DNA of 52,909 nucleotides, filler included, from Sphacelaria rigidula (lineage: Eukaryota): the NCBI GenBank assembly GCA_964200075.2. It is 4 parts of 4 records of this genome, joined end to end, with 100 filler letters (N's around TTAATTAATTAA, not from the genome) between each part and the next. Parts side by side here need not be neighbours in the genome. Positions count along the whole stretch, not along the records: positions 13,256 to 26,409 come from CAXNAA020003113.1; positions 26,510 to 39,659 come from CAXNAA020003114.1; 2 more parts are not named here. One strand, given 5' to 3'. Positions 24,255 through 36,671 of this stretch are shown here, piece after piece. Numbering within the stretch: position 1 is the first letter of the stretch; each line of letters begins with the position of its first letter. Both the position numbers and the translations under genes were made by a program. The notes beneath the pieces are model-generated. The model ran no database searches, was not told the DNA's origin, and saw nothing but the letters and a program-made list of their open reading frames with translations.

Positions 24255-25165
24255 TGGACATCCATCTGGGGTGTCGGGGTATCTTACATGAACATCCATC
24301 TGGGATACAGATATCCACCTGCAATCCGAGGCCCAACTGGAATCATGTCCATCTGGGAGGTGAATCTCCATCTGTGGTGTTCATCGGAGCTACGGATGTG
24401 CATCTAGAACGTCCGTCTGGGACATTCATCTGGGACGGGGACATCCATCTGAGACATCCATCTGGATCGACGGCATTCATCTGGAACTCCATCTGGATCT
24501 TGCATGTCCCAGAGGGATATGCAGTACGATGTGGACGTCAACCTGGAACATCTCACCGACCAAGATCATTACCTTCTCGGCGGTTTCATTGTTCCCAGGT
24601 TCCAGCTCATAGCCGAATCCAACCCTAAACGCCGACCGTCGCCTAACCTTAACCCAAACCCGCGGATAACTTATGCGCAATAAATCACAGATCCGGGTTA
24701 TCATGTGCTGATAGAATGCGGTGCCGAGAGGTAAGATACGGTCGTACACGGACTTTCTGGTTGGCAATAGAAGAATACTCTGGAGATCTAATTGGCCGAT
24801 CTTCCTCGTGCGCTGGTGGAGCATACACCAGGGCTACCATGCGCAGCTTGAGCACAGCGCAGTGTGCGCTCGTCGGGCATCCATCTGAGCTGGCGTGCGC
24901 TGGTAGAACACAATACTGGGTACATTGGAAAGGCATACATGTTTGTTCCCGCGAGCTGACGCTACATTGTTCCGTAAGCACAGAGATACGACCGACCCGA
25001 AGGTACATCTCAGATGGATGGGAGGTCCCAGATGGATATTCCAGGTGGATACCTGATACGGACGTCCATATCCTAGATGGATATCTCACATGGATGTCTG
25101 TGTCTCAGATGGACATCCCAGATGGACCCGAGAGCCCAGATGGATATCCTAGATGGATTTTCATG
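24255..25165. mobile_element. Fold-back-like element with inverted minisatellite arms
   Basis: atccatctggg units at ~24255-24550 face cccagatggat units at ~25005-25165; telomere-like cctaaccttaacccaaaccc lies in the spacer. Confidence 0.6.
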
Positions 25166-26409
25166 TCCTAGGGAGAGCTTGCACGATACTGTACGACGAC
25201 GAGTGTATAGTGAAGAGCAGGGCACGCGGGGAAGTGCAGTATTCATCGTAGTTTGGGTTCTGTAGCGCACTGAAACATCAAGCATGCACAAGTGACTGCT
25301 TGGAATGCACACGTGGAAGAATGACATACTGTGAAGGACCCTGATACGGTGGGAGGGCTTCACCCACCCTGTCATGGATTTGATATCTCCAGAGCCCGTG
25401 CCCTCGTAAGGCAATCTAATCGAGGCCCGACTTCCGCTTACGATCGATCATGCCATGCCGGAAATCGAACCCCATAATCTTTCGTTCCACAAGCAAATAA
25501 ATGGTGCTCATCGTATCCATCCGTCCATCCATTGAAATTCCTCCTCTGATTTCGTATCGCATGTCTATATTCGGGAGGGTTTTCGATGACGCATCATCTA
25601 CCGAACCGTGAAATTGGTAATGTTGACTACTTCTAGTGATTGCAAGATCGTACAGGGTGTGCGTGGTTCAAACAACGCACGCATGCGTTCCGATCACCAG
25701 AGAAGAATTTGGTATCGTAGGTATGACGTCAATACTACATTCATTCATCGCGGATTTGAAGCCTTGTATTTCACATCAATTGGGTTACAACACAGTAGTG
25801 GTCTGCTTCGCCATACTTGAAGCGGAAGTAGAGTAGGGGCTTGACCTCCTTCACAGAAGAGTACTGTCTCGAGCCGGCGGACTTGCACGTTTTCAATCAG
25901 TTTTTCAACATATCGGGTGTTTGTATTCAATTCTACTGAAGCCGACCAAACTGTGCAAGTGCGCAGATAGTTGATGTCGCGGGTTGTTATTCCTGGGGTT
26001 CCAACTTTGAAGTGTGTTTTCGATCCTGTTACAACGACATGTACTTCCCGAGCGGATATTAAGTCATGTGGGGAGGGTAATTGCTCCGTAGAGTAAGCAG
26101 TGGTTTGCGTGGCACGTGCGATAAGCTTTGCGTGGCTAAGCTCTATTTTCGCTCGAGTGGGGAAAACATGGTTTTTGAGCGCTGACTTTTTCGTGCAGTA
26201 GCCAGGGCGAGTTCGAACTTGGTTTTTGAGTCCGAATGTTTTTATGCTTCGGTGACCTCTTAGTGCACGTAGTGAGACTTGAGCGTGAGCCTGAGTGTCT
26301 TGTGCCTTGTTGCCTTTGACACTTTCTACGATTGCCCCCCCCCCAAAAAACTGCCTGGTTTAGGGAGGCAAAATCTTCACGTAAAGCGAAATGGGAAAAA
26401 CCGAGCACA

Positions 26410-26509
26410 NNNNNNNNNNNNNNNNNNNNNNNNNNNNNNNNNNNNNNNNNNNNTTAATTAATTAANNNNNNNNNNNNNNNNNNNNNNNNNNNNNNNNNNN
26501 NNNNNNNNN
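26410..26509. other. Artificial contig linker
   Basis: N44-TTAATTAATTAA-N44. Confidence 0.97.
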
Positions 26510-26577
26510 GCACCCACATACACCGAAAGGTGTAGACTGGTGCCCAGAATAAATGGGACGACAACACAACAACACAG
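26510..26577 (+). mobile_element. SINE family A 3' end (cut by contig start)
   Basis: cccacatacaccgaaaggtgtagactggtgcccagaataaatgggacgacaacacaac. Confidence 0.75.
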
Positions 26578-27093
26578 AGTAGGATCGAGCTATGGTGATG
26601 ATTTTTTCGGTGCGCCGTCATTACCTGACATCCTCCGACGTCTTCGCAAACGATGCAGAGGTCGCTGATTGAGCAATATAAGGAAGAAAATCTGGTGATC
26701 GGTAAACGCTACATTCTTGGTTCAACTTAGCGATGCGATACCAGACCTTTTTCGCGCTTGTGCAAACATCCCTTCCTGAAAGAGTTGCACGACTCTCGGG
26801 AACGAGATTTTATTGGCGTTGGGAGTTATGATGCCGATGTTGAATGCCTGTACCTCTGTCCTGACATGGTTGAAAAAAATGTCGAGTGTTCTTGATGTGG
26901 GCGAAGCGTTTGTCACGAATATCTCGTTTGCTCATTATTTTCTGTGGGAGTTGATGGACAATTGGAAGAGTTTCCAAGATCACTTGTACTATTGAGTGTC
27001 GAAACTTGCAGGCAAACCCAACACATGTATGTCCTCTTGGTTTTTCTCATCTCCCTCTTGAACGTTTGCGTTCTTGCGTACACCTGCCCTCAG

Positions 27094-28477
27094 GGTCTGG
27101 GGATGAGGTGCTGTTCAACCACCAAGAAGCCGGCGGAGCAAGCGGAGTTGGACTCTCATCACACTCGCCCCCGCCGCCACCGGGCGGGGTTCCCATGTAC
27201 ACCACCGTTCACGGAGGCGACGGCTACTCGACCATGCCTATGCAACACACCTACACCCTTAACGGGGACTCCTACGGTCAGGGCGTCGTTGGCCACGTGC
27301 CGCCCCATGGACTAAATCAGTTGCAAGGCCCTCAAGGAGGCACTACTTTGGACAGTTCCGCCAGCGTCGGCGACCAGCAGCTTCTTGGCCCCCACTTGTC
27401 TGGCATGAGCTCGCCACCGCACCCGCCTGTACCGGCTCCGCAACATATGTTCATGTCCAGCCCAGGAACCTACATGATCGCGAGCGGAAGCGGAGCTAGA
27501 AGTAACGGCAGTGCGTCAAGCGGCGGAGCTGGTAGCGGAGGGCCATCTGGTAGTGGTGGCTCAGGCAACATGCAACCGCCGATTATCTACGGACATCAAG
27601 GCAACGGGCCTGCCCAACAAACACAGCAGCAGTCCCCGCATCAGTCTCACCAGCAGCTGCCTTCGGCCGCTGGGGGTGCCGAGTCGGTCACGCACGGCGC
27701 CGCGTCACCCATGTACCTTCCGTTGACCCAAGCCGGGTATCAGTATGCGCCACCCCACCTGAACCACCTCCAATCTGCCGGCGGACTGCCGATGTATCAG
27801 ATGGCTTCGGGCCCCGAAGGCTCGCCCGGCGCAGGTTCCGGCCGCCCTAACGGCGTGACTGCCGGAGGACCGGCGGGTGCCCCGGCAGCCGGTGTCAACC
27901 CCTCCGGACGTGGCAATACCGGTAGTCCTCCGCTATCGTCACTCCCGGCAGCGGCAGCTGCAGCTGCTGTCGCTCAGGGCTTCCAGGTGCATTACGCGCT
28001 TACCCCGCAGGGGATTGTACCCATGGTCCCCATCATGCCGAACGGAGCGGGTGGGTTCGCTAACCCTGCCCTTTACTCGGGAGTCGGAGGCGTGTATGAT
28101 GACGGAAGGGGGGGGGTGGTCACTGGTGGCAGCGCAGGCATGGACGGAGTGGACAAGGGACGCATGTCTCCGACGTTGCCCGGGGGTGGCCCGATACCCG
28201 GTCGATTCCCCGGATCTCCTCACCCGCACGCTGGCGCGCAGCACCTTCACGCGGGGATTCCCGGTGGTATGCAACCCATGCACGCGCCCGGGTGGTCGGT
28301 CGGCGGTGCAGGCGTGCATGATGGCGGTCCTGCGTACCACGATGCGGCACGGTTCAATGATCGCGGCTACCCCGGCGGCGGACCGGATGGATTCCGAGGT
28401 GGACCCGGTGGGCGAGACGCTCGGATGCCTCCGCGTGATCCGGAAGCGGGCAAGGACGTGAAGGACAGGCGGAAGAG
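27094..28477 (+). CDS. PUF gene exon: low-complexity G/P/Q/S region
   Basis: Acceptor ccctcag|g; long open frame (ORF 27006-28526); donor aagag|gtgtgt in phase with the next exon. Confidence 0.85.
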
Positions 28478-31400
28478 GTGTGTGAGATTTGCGGTCAAGT
28501 TGCGTGTTGGGATGCGTACGAGATGAAGTACGGATAGTTCGTCTGTTGCAGTTGTGTCGCCTCTGCTATTGTTGTTCATGCCAAGTAAGCGATGGTTGTG
28601 GGGGTGACGACGGAGGATGTGCCGAAGACAGAGACCTATCAGGCGATTGGTCCACTGGGTGCAAATTGGCGGAGAGAGCTTGGGTGATAATCGATTCTCC
28701 ACTGTGGCGTTGTGCGTGCCATAACATGCCATTGTATTGTAACGATCCGCCCGTATATGGCATATAATATCTTGCTATCGCGCCTCATAACGATTTATCA
28801 TGTTCTGCCCTTCAGGCTGGACCGCGAGTCTGACATGGCTGCCCTGCTGGAGGCTACTAGGCCTGCACTCAAGGACGTTCTCGGGAAGGTGTACAGCATG
28901 TCCAGAGACCAGGTGATACCGTGTGACAACATGAATTGTAATGCGTTTCGCGGATTATCGCACGGTTGGGATCCATCCTTCTTCCGTCCTTCCATAAGTT
29001 CTGAATCGTTTTTTCCCGCAGCGCTAGAGAGTGAGGTTCAGCCTTCCGGCGAGACTTGACTATGTGCGGTCCTAGCCTGATGCACCACACTCGGCGTTGA
29101 CATTTTTTCTCGTGATTTCAAAGCTGACGGAACGACGGTTCGCTTCTCGTCTGCACTTGAATCCACATTATCATCCTTCGCATGTTTTCCCGTCTGAACT
29201 TTTCGTTGCTGGATGTGGACACTGGATTTTCAGCGAGCTTTGTCGGGATGTTACATGTCCAGATGGCTGACGGACAAACAAGGGGGATGTGCGAAGGATT
29301 TCAACCCTTAAACCGTGATGCTGGTGGTCCATCTGGAGCACGCACTTTTTTCAAATCAAATTGATAATGATTTATTAGGTCATTAACCCTCGCGGTTGAA
29401 AAGTCAAGAATGAACGGGTTGTTGCCTCAAATTCGACGTCCCCCATCTTGTCGGCCCACCATCGCTGGCCAATCATGACAGCATTTGGGATTGTTGATTT
29501 CGACACGATTTGCACTTTCATCTGTAAGTGCCTCGGTTCTCATTATGTGACAGGTGCCTTGAGCTTTTCAAGTCGCTGAGTTTTGTGATCCAATCGAATC
29601 GCTGTCCTGTCTCTTCCGCCGGGTGGGGAACAACAGGTCGGGTGCAGGCTGCTGCAGCAGAAACTTGACGAGTGCCCTGATCGCCCCCCGGATGGTGACG
29701 CCGGCAAGGAGGGTGCGGCGGCAGACGAGGAAGACGCCGTGTCCGCTATCTTTGAGGAGGCACTGCCCGATCTGCCCCAGATGATGATCGACCCCTTCGG
29801 CAACTATCTGTTCCAAAAGCTGTTCGTGAAAATTGATGACCACCAGAGACTTCTTGCGGTAAGTGTTTTCCCGACGATGACTCGAGAGTGCCTGCTTTCG
29901 ATGCGGCTGTCGTGTGGTGTCGGGTGGGGAGCTGGGATGCCACCGCAGAATGGCTCCCGATCAGTAGTGCGACGTACTTTCTGCGCAGGACCCGAGCGGC
30001 TGTTGTTGAACGTGTGTCTTATGCTATGTACGAAATAATTATTGTTGATAACCCAGATGGAGATGTTGACAGGACTGCCCAACCTGGTGACTCGCTCCCG
30101 TCTGTGTCGGGTGAAACGAGAAGCTCTGCACGAGGTGCAATATGAAAAGTAACAAACGGTGCTTACGGTAAGATGGACTTTTGAAGTGCTTGTGTTGTCC
30201 GTGTTGCCCGTTGCCGGATGCCGGTTGCCGGTTGGCGGGAAAATAATCCACACATGCGACAGAGCAAAGAATGTTCTGTAGAGCATTCGTAGTCAAACCC
30301 CATGTGATATGTATGGATACCATGTTTTTTTTCGCGGTTGTTTATCTTTTTTATCCATGCTAGCTGCACCACGGATCCCTCGGGCATTTTGATGCTCCGT
30401 CATTTATTCTCCACATCGTTACGCTCCTGTGGTGTGTTTCGACAACTCTGATTTCGTACGGCATGACTTTTTCGCGCTTCGCGATAGGAAGCGTCATGTA
30501 CATGGTATGACATGTCGGGCATTTCGACAAGCAGTGATTAAATCACACAAAATGCCCGCGTCGTACATGGTGACCCACCGGCATTCATGAGGCAAACAGA
30601 CTTGAGGCACGACTGAAGTAAGTGAGGTGCTAGTGAATCGTTTGCCCCAGGCTGTGTTGCAAGCACCTGACGACAGCAGATACAACAACAGTATTCGCCC
30701 GTGATCCGTTCGGTATAACTTCGCTCACGTTTTTACCCCACCATTGAGATTCGGGCGGTGCGAAATAAATGCACATTTTTTTCCTAGCTGTGATATACAC
30801 CGAAAATCTCGAAAGTAATTCCACCCTGTGATTCGTTCCGTATGAGTACTGTGACATTCATGTACATGAATCTTCACCCGTGATAAATCCAGTGCGACTG
30901 TCCGTTGAATTTTTTCTCGACGGACCAATTTTCTGATGTTGATTCACCTGAAGTTTGGAAAAAATGTCTTGCTGGTTGACGACCACCGCGTCTCCGCAAG
31001 AATCCCGCCGCATCTAGTTCTTGGCGGTTCATGCACCTCATGGAAGGAATGGAGTGGTGCGCTGACCTCAAGTTTCATTACTGTGGTCGAGGTAAGGACG
31101 TCCATGTGCACCGTTTGGCGGAGATTGACAAGACTGACCTGGAGTCAGAGGAATGGAAGTTTGGTTTTATTGAAGAGAAGGGAAAGGGGCCCAAGTGGCG
31201 GAGTTGCTTGTTTTGAAACTCCTGTTTCATCCCCGTGAACAGGCTACCTGAGAGTATGGATTGCACTACTTCACACCGGAAGACGTTACCGTTTGCTTCC
31301 GAAGCAGCTTCGAGGGTCCTTTTTTGTCAATGCAAGATCTTGGTGTTGGGCCCTGAGCAACATGAGGGGGAAAACTTGGCGAGCTTGAGATACAGCCGAA

Positions 31401-34400
31401 ACCGCAATCTGTGAGGTCGCCCGTGTCCTCATTTTGTCGTGATTTGTTTTCCCCATTGTTTGCAGGTCGAGGCAGTAACCGAACGCATGCCGGAGGCCGC
31501 TGTTAACCTTCATGGAACGCGCTGTGTCCAGAAGGTGGTTGAGGTGAGATGGAACAAGTAACCATTGAAGGAGCCGTGGTGTTCCGATACGGGAGCTATT
31601 GGACGGTGCAGGCGTGTCGTTTGGGTGGACGGGACGGGTGCTCCATTGTCGCTTTGTCACGCGGTGGCGGACATTTGTTATTGTTATTATTTCCGCATAC
31701 AAGTCTCCTTTCTGACGCCGTTGCCTCTGCCGTCTTTCTGTTTCTCTCTTTTTTGTTGTTGTTGTATTTTTTCATTATTCTGTTCTATTTTTGCTGATCC
31801 TGATCACGGGCTGGATTGTTGCAATCAGCTAATGTGAGATAATCAAATCAATCGAACAAGTCCGATCTTGTGAACCCGTGGTCACAGACATAACACATAC
31901 TGGCGAAATGCCATGCACATGGACTCGTGTCGTGGAGATAAGCCACCAGTCTTGGTGGCATCAAAACACCTCATGAAAGGTGGGCGTAACGACGGCGCTC
32001 GATGGCAACGGGGACAACGGCAACGCGCGTTAGCATGAACTAACTAACGATGCTTTATCCATCTTTGGTCTGTGCCTCATCTGTCGTGCAGCTGTGCCGC
32101 ACTGACGCGCAGGCCGCGGTGATCGCTCGTTCCTTGGGTCCCAGCGTAGTGAAGCTCTCGCTCGATCCCAACGGCAACCATGTAGTGCAGCGCGCTCTGC
32201 AACACATGCCGGCGCCCAGAAACGACTTCGTGCTGGAGGCGATAACGGCTAGCCTCGTTCAGGTTCGTGCGACTTTTCGTACCGGTCTTCGAGAAAGCTT
32301 TGGGAACGTATACTCCGTCGTATATCGTATCTGCTCCTTTGGTGTTTTGTGCATCCTCGTTGTGGTTGTGTCGATCGTTTGATGCACCATTTGCTCTGTT
32401 TCACGTCTGCACTTGCGCTCGACCTGTGGTGCTCCTCGGAGTTGTGATTTGGGATAATTGAAGCATGTGCGATACGATTTCATGTGTTTACGTCCGCACT
32501 TCATTGTCGCTTGTCCAGCAAGGTTGTCCGTCGTACCACCTTCTGAAGCTCGAACCCGTGCCACGCACTCACATCTGGTCCCGATAGCCGTGGAGCAAAC
32601 TGTAGGGGATACCCTGAAATAAGTTCATGAGTCCACCTTGTGTAGATTGGTTGAAGCAAAATTCGAAATGGTTGGGATCGGTTCGAACATTGAGTTGTGT
32701 CAGCTGATCGTTCACGCCACCTGAGGTGATGATGGAAAATACTGCCATGCACCCATTGGTCCCATTGTCGCGTAATGAACTGTACAGTAGTCATGAACTC
32801 AGCGTACAAGGAAAAGTGTGTCGAGGAGGTGATGATGGTAGTAGTGGTGCTGTACACAGTACTAGTGGTGGATTCCGCAGTTGTGCAGTGGTGAGCTGCA
32901 GCCAAACGATTCGCCGGACGGATCTTCATCGTCAGATTCAATACTTCGCTTGTGGCACACATGATGACATGGAAACTGCCCGTGACTCATGGTCAAAAGC
33001 TGTATGTCCTGTCAGTGTCCCGAAGACGTGCCTCGAACATTTTTGGGATGGACGTAAAAGCGGGCTGTGACGTGCTCCACCGGCCGAAGACCCAGCGTTT
33101 TGCCAACATGTTAGTCTCATCTGCCTAGCTGTCTCACGAGCAGGCGGGTGGCGGGGGATCATGCATGGGGTGAAACGTGTACTCAAGTCAAGTGCCTTTG
33201 CTGTTCCATGATGTTGCGTTACGCTGAACTGTGTCATGATGTTTTAGGTGGCGGTTCACAGGCACGGTTGCTGCGTCCTGCAGCGTTGTCTTGATGCTGC
33301 CGGGCCCAAGCTGAGGATCAAGCTAGTAGATGAGGTATGCAGCCAATTTACAGCCATGCCGTGTGATTGGACTTCTGAAGCGCTCGTGATATTGTCAGAA
33401 AAGGATTAGTGGAGGCCAGTGCGTGAAAGATGCATGTACAGTCGGTCGCCCCGGTGGCTTAGTTGGTAAGTGGCATAGTTGGTAACCTTGAAACCCTCTG
33501 ACGCTTGAGTAGGGGCTTCAACTCTCGGAGCGATTTGGGACTTTTTCTCACACCATGCCCAACGGTGGAGAACTAGTATGTCGTGGGTACATGAAATTTG
33601 ACTTCGCGATCGATGACGGAAGGGACCTGCTGAAACCGTCTCGCGATAAAAAGAAAGGCAAGCACCGCCAAAGGAAGGTGGGATACTAAAAAACAAATGA
33701 AAAGAAAGAGCTCCTGTGTTACCCCGGCTGGTGCGCCCACACCTACCGAAAGGTGTAGACCGGCGTCCAGAAAAGATGGGACGTCAACACTAAGTACACA
33801 CAGTGGTGATGTCTAGTGCGTAGAGTTGGTGCTCTGGTTCATGACGAGAGGTAAGGTCGAGGACGTCCCGAGGTGCCCTTCGTCTGCTTGGGGCGACTCG
33901 TGGTGGTGATCACCTTGGCTTTGTGTGATAGGTTGTCATGTAGCCGCTGCATATACTGCGGTGTTTGTTCAACGCAGTCATTTTTGGCTTCGGATTTCAA
34001 ATGTTTTCGAATGGTCGCGTTGACAGGTGGCGCGGAACGGGTTGAAGTTGATGCAAGACCCGTTCGGCAACTACGTCGTCCAGTACGTTCTCAAGACTTG
34101 CTCCAGGTGCGTGAAGCTCACATAGGTAGTAGCATCATGAATCGAAGCAGATCGTGGGTGGCTGCTACCCTCGCTGGTTCTGCACGAATGAAAGAATGAT
34201 TGGCGCCATGCTAGCATCATGTGTGGATCGTATGTGTGCTCACGTCGTGATTCGGACGGCATAGTCGAAGCGGCAGGGAACTCCCGGTCCGGTTTATTCG
34301 GTGATGGAATGTCTTGTGTCCGCCATTCATTGCACGACCATCCTCGCGGACTTGAGGAATCATTATCCAGACGACTCCACCTTTCGGGGTCTGCGGTTGC

Positions 34401-36671
34401 TCATGCGCCATGTCCATCGCTGCTATGAAACAAGCGTAAGTCAGGGGCACCAAGGAATTGACGTACGAGCTGGGCCAGCCAAGAGTAGGCGTGAATCTCG
34501 CTCAGGCGACGCACGGCGCTGAAATTTTGACAGCAGCTTTTGATGTTCGAAATGCAGAAGATCACGTGAGCAAGGAGAAACAGAATGAAATAAGAAGTTT
34601 TGGGCATTTGAAAGTTCAGCAAAAACAAGATTATGTCATGAGTCCAGAAAAAGATGAGAATCCGCAGCTGGACACGTGAAGAATCAGTTCCTTGGGTGCA
34701 GACGGTGTTCCTAAAATTTCAGCTCCAGAGTCGTCGAAACGGGCCGAGCGTTCCACAGTTTCCGTTACGCTTCTGCACCCGTATAAATCAAGTGATGAGA
34801 GACTCCAACTATGGAGGTCATGAGTTCGAATCCCGATAGATTCTCTTCTTTTTTTCATTCGCCGTTAAGGTCATACATTATACGGTACATTTTTTTCTAT
34901 TATTTTTCGATTTTTTTGCAATCAGCGGCGGTGCCGTGTGTCACGAGGTTGGTCTACACTTCACAGTGATATGCTTACATCGGATTATTCGGGAAAGTGG
35001 GGAAGCCGTGGTGTGAGCAAGTTTTTGCAGCTTGTAAGCTCGCTCAGCTCGTATAACATCTCGAAACGACGGGCCTCGTCAAAAACCCGAGGGTCACGCA
35101 CGTCACCCGCGCGGCGATTGCCCTCAACACTACCTTGTCGACGGTAGCAAGACGAGGGTATTCCATTCCGTCTGCTACGGCTGTGTTAAATACTGAACGA
35201 ATTGATGTCATGCCTCGAGAGCCTGACGTTTGTGCTTCACGTTTTTGTGTAATGCGAATCTGAAATGGCACAGGGAAGAGACGTACCAGCTGTGTTCTGC
35301 TCCTCTGGGACACGTGGCTAGTCTCTCCACGCAAAAGTTTTCCAGCAACGTTATGGAGGCATGCCTGGAGCGAGCGCTGCCCGAGGTCCAGGTGAGCGTT
35401 GCACGCGAGTTGTCTTAGCTTCTGGGGGCGAGGGTAGGGATTGTTGGGCTGAAAATCAGTCCTGATTCGTGTACCTTTCTGATGGCTTTGGATTAGGTCT
35501 GCTGGTGATCTGTACGGAGATGTTTCTCTCCTGAACCGCTGCGCGTGTTTCGTTCTGCGCATGTAGTACACCCTCCTCTGCTCCATATCTAGTAGGTTTG
35601 GCGTTATGGCGTTGATCAGTGCATGAATCATATTCCACTCGAAGCTTTTCAAGGCAAATCAATTCTGAGTCGGCAATAGCCGGCACGACAGACGGCGTCG
35701 TACGCGGTACGATGTATATCATATTGGTACCCGTGCATGAAAATAACTAGTGTGGACACCGGATGCACGTGTTGTGGTTATTTTCGTGTGCGCAGTCCAA
35801 GTTTGTGGAGGAATTGGCGCAGCAGGGCAGGATAAGGGAACTCATCCTGGACCAATACGCCAACTACGTGGTGCAGCGTGCCCTAACCGTAGCCAACAAC
35901 GAAGAGGGCCTCAAGCTTGTTGCCGCCATCAGGCCCCATTTGCACTCCATGCAGGTGCGTTCCTTGCCGGGTGTCTTGCTGTCTTGCCCACGTGTATACG
36001 GTCGTGTAGTGCAGTGTGCAGTGCTCTGTGGACTAAGTTTTTTTTTTGCAGGTTTTGGTTGATGTTACGGGTTTTAGTCCGGGTCACGCATTCGGAAAAA
36101 GGGGTGAGGCATGAGGATATTCCCAACAACCCCTCGTGACAGAACACGGTTTGTCGAGGTTGAGCTAGTAACTCGAGAGCAGGTTTGGCAGAATTTTTCA
36201 GCAAGATGGGAGCGCAGGCTTGCGTGTTTTTGCCATAATTCAGTTGCGCACAGCTTTTGACTGTGTGCCATTCGTTCCCATTTATTTCGTTGCACGTAGG
36301 GTGACGTGCTGTTGTCTACCTTCACTTCGACTTTCCAGAGTGTAGTACAGCATACAGCTGTGGTTGCGTGCTTGCCGTTATGCATTCCCACCGCCACATT
36401 GCCTGTGCTGTGTGTAATGTGTGTTACACTCCGCTGTGGTGTGCCTTGTGAAATTTACCGTCTATCATCGGGGTGTCGTGAACAAATCGCATGGTAGGAT
36501 GTGCTGTACCGTTTCAACATCGTGACACTGAAGCCGATGCGTTTGCTCGCTTGATGCTCCCCATTCCAACAGAGCACCTCCAGCGGCCGTCGGATCGCGG
36601 CCAAGATTATCAAGCGTTACCCCACCGTGGACTTAGGCGAAGAAATTCTCATGCTCATGAGCAGGGGGTGA
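27094..36671 (+). CDS. Pumilio/PUF RNA-binding protein, Puf4/Puf5 (plant APUM7-12)-type; 10 visible exons, 5' end missing
   Basis: join(27094-28477,28816-28912,29637-29858,31466-31543,32092-32262,33248-33334,34027-34106,35274-35391,35796-35954,36573-36671). All introns are GT-AG and phase-consistent. A G/P/Q-rich region is followed by eight PUF repeats (GCRLLQ, GNYLFQ, GTRCVQ, GNHVVQ, GCCVLQ, GNYVVQ, SSNVME, ANYVVQ); TGA at 36669-36671. Confidence 0.95.
28816..28912 (+). CDS. PUF gene exon (LDRESDMAALLE..YSMSRDQ)
   Basis: ttcag|g ... cag|gtgat. Confidence 0.9.
29637..29858 (+). CDS. PUF gene exon (repeats 1-2)
   Basis: VGCRLLQQKLDE..MIDPFGNYLFQKLF..LLA; aacag| and |gtaagt. Confidence 0.93.
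31466..31543 (+). CDS. PUF gene exon (repeat 3)
   Basis: VEAVTERMPEAAVNLHGTRCVQKVVE; tgcag| and |gtgaga. Confidence 0.92.
32092..32262 (+). CDS. PUF gene exon (repeat 4)
   Basis: LCRTDAQ..LDPNGNHVVQRAL..SLVQ. Confidence 0.93.
33248..33334 (+). CDS. PUF gene exon (repeat 5)
   Basis: VAVHRHGCCVLQRCLDAAGPKLRIKLVDE; tttag| and |gtatgc. Confidence 0.93.
33441..33800 (+). mobile_element. tRNA-derived SINE family A, near full-length, intronic
   Basis: Head gtcgccccggtggcttagttggtaa (A-box, locally duplicated), degenerate B-box ggcttcaactc, family body, and AC-rich tail. Confidence 0.82.
34027..34106 (+). CDS. PUF gene exon (repeat 6)
   Basis: VARNGLKLMQDPFGNYVVQYVLKTCS. Confidence 0.93.
34466..35051. 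mobile_element. Non-autonomous TIR DNA transposon family B, intronic
   Basis: TA-cgagctgggccagc ... gctcgctcagctcg-TA; colinear with 7049-7624. Confidence 0.85.
35274..35391 (+). CDS. PUF gene exon (repeat 7)
   Basis: EETYQLC..LSTQKFSSNVMEACLE..VQ. Confidence 0.93.
35796..35954 (+). CDS. PUF gene exon (repeat 8)
   Basis: SKFVEEL..LDQYANYVVQRAL..IRPHLHSMQ. Confidence 0.93.
36573..36671 (+). CDS. PUF gene terminal coding exon
   Basis: aacag|STSSGRRIAAKIIKRYPTVDLGEEILMLMSRG*. Confidence 0.88.
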   Translation, partial: STSSGRRIAAKIIKRYPTVDLGEEILMLMSRG

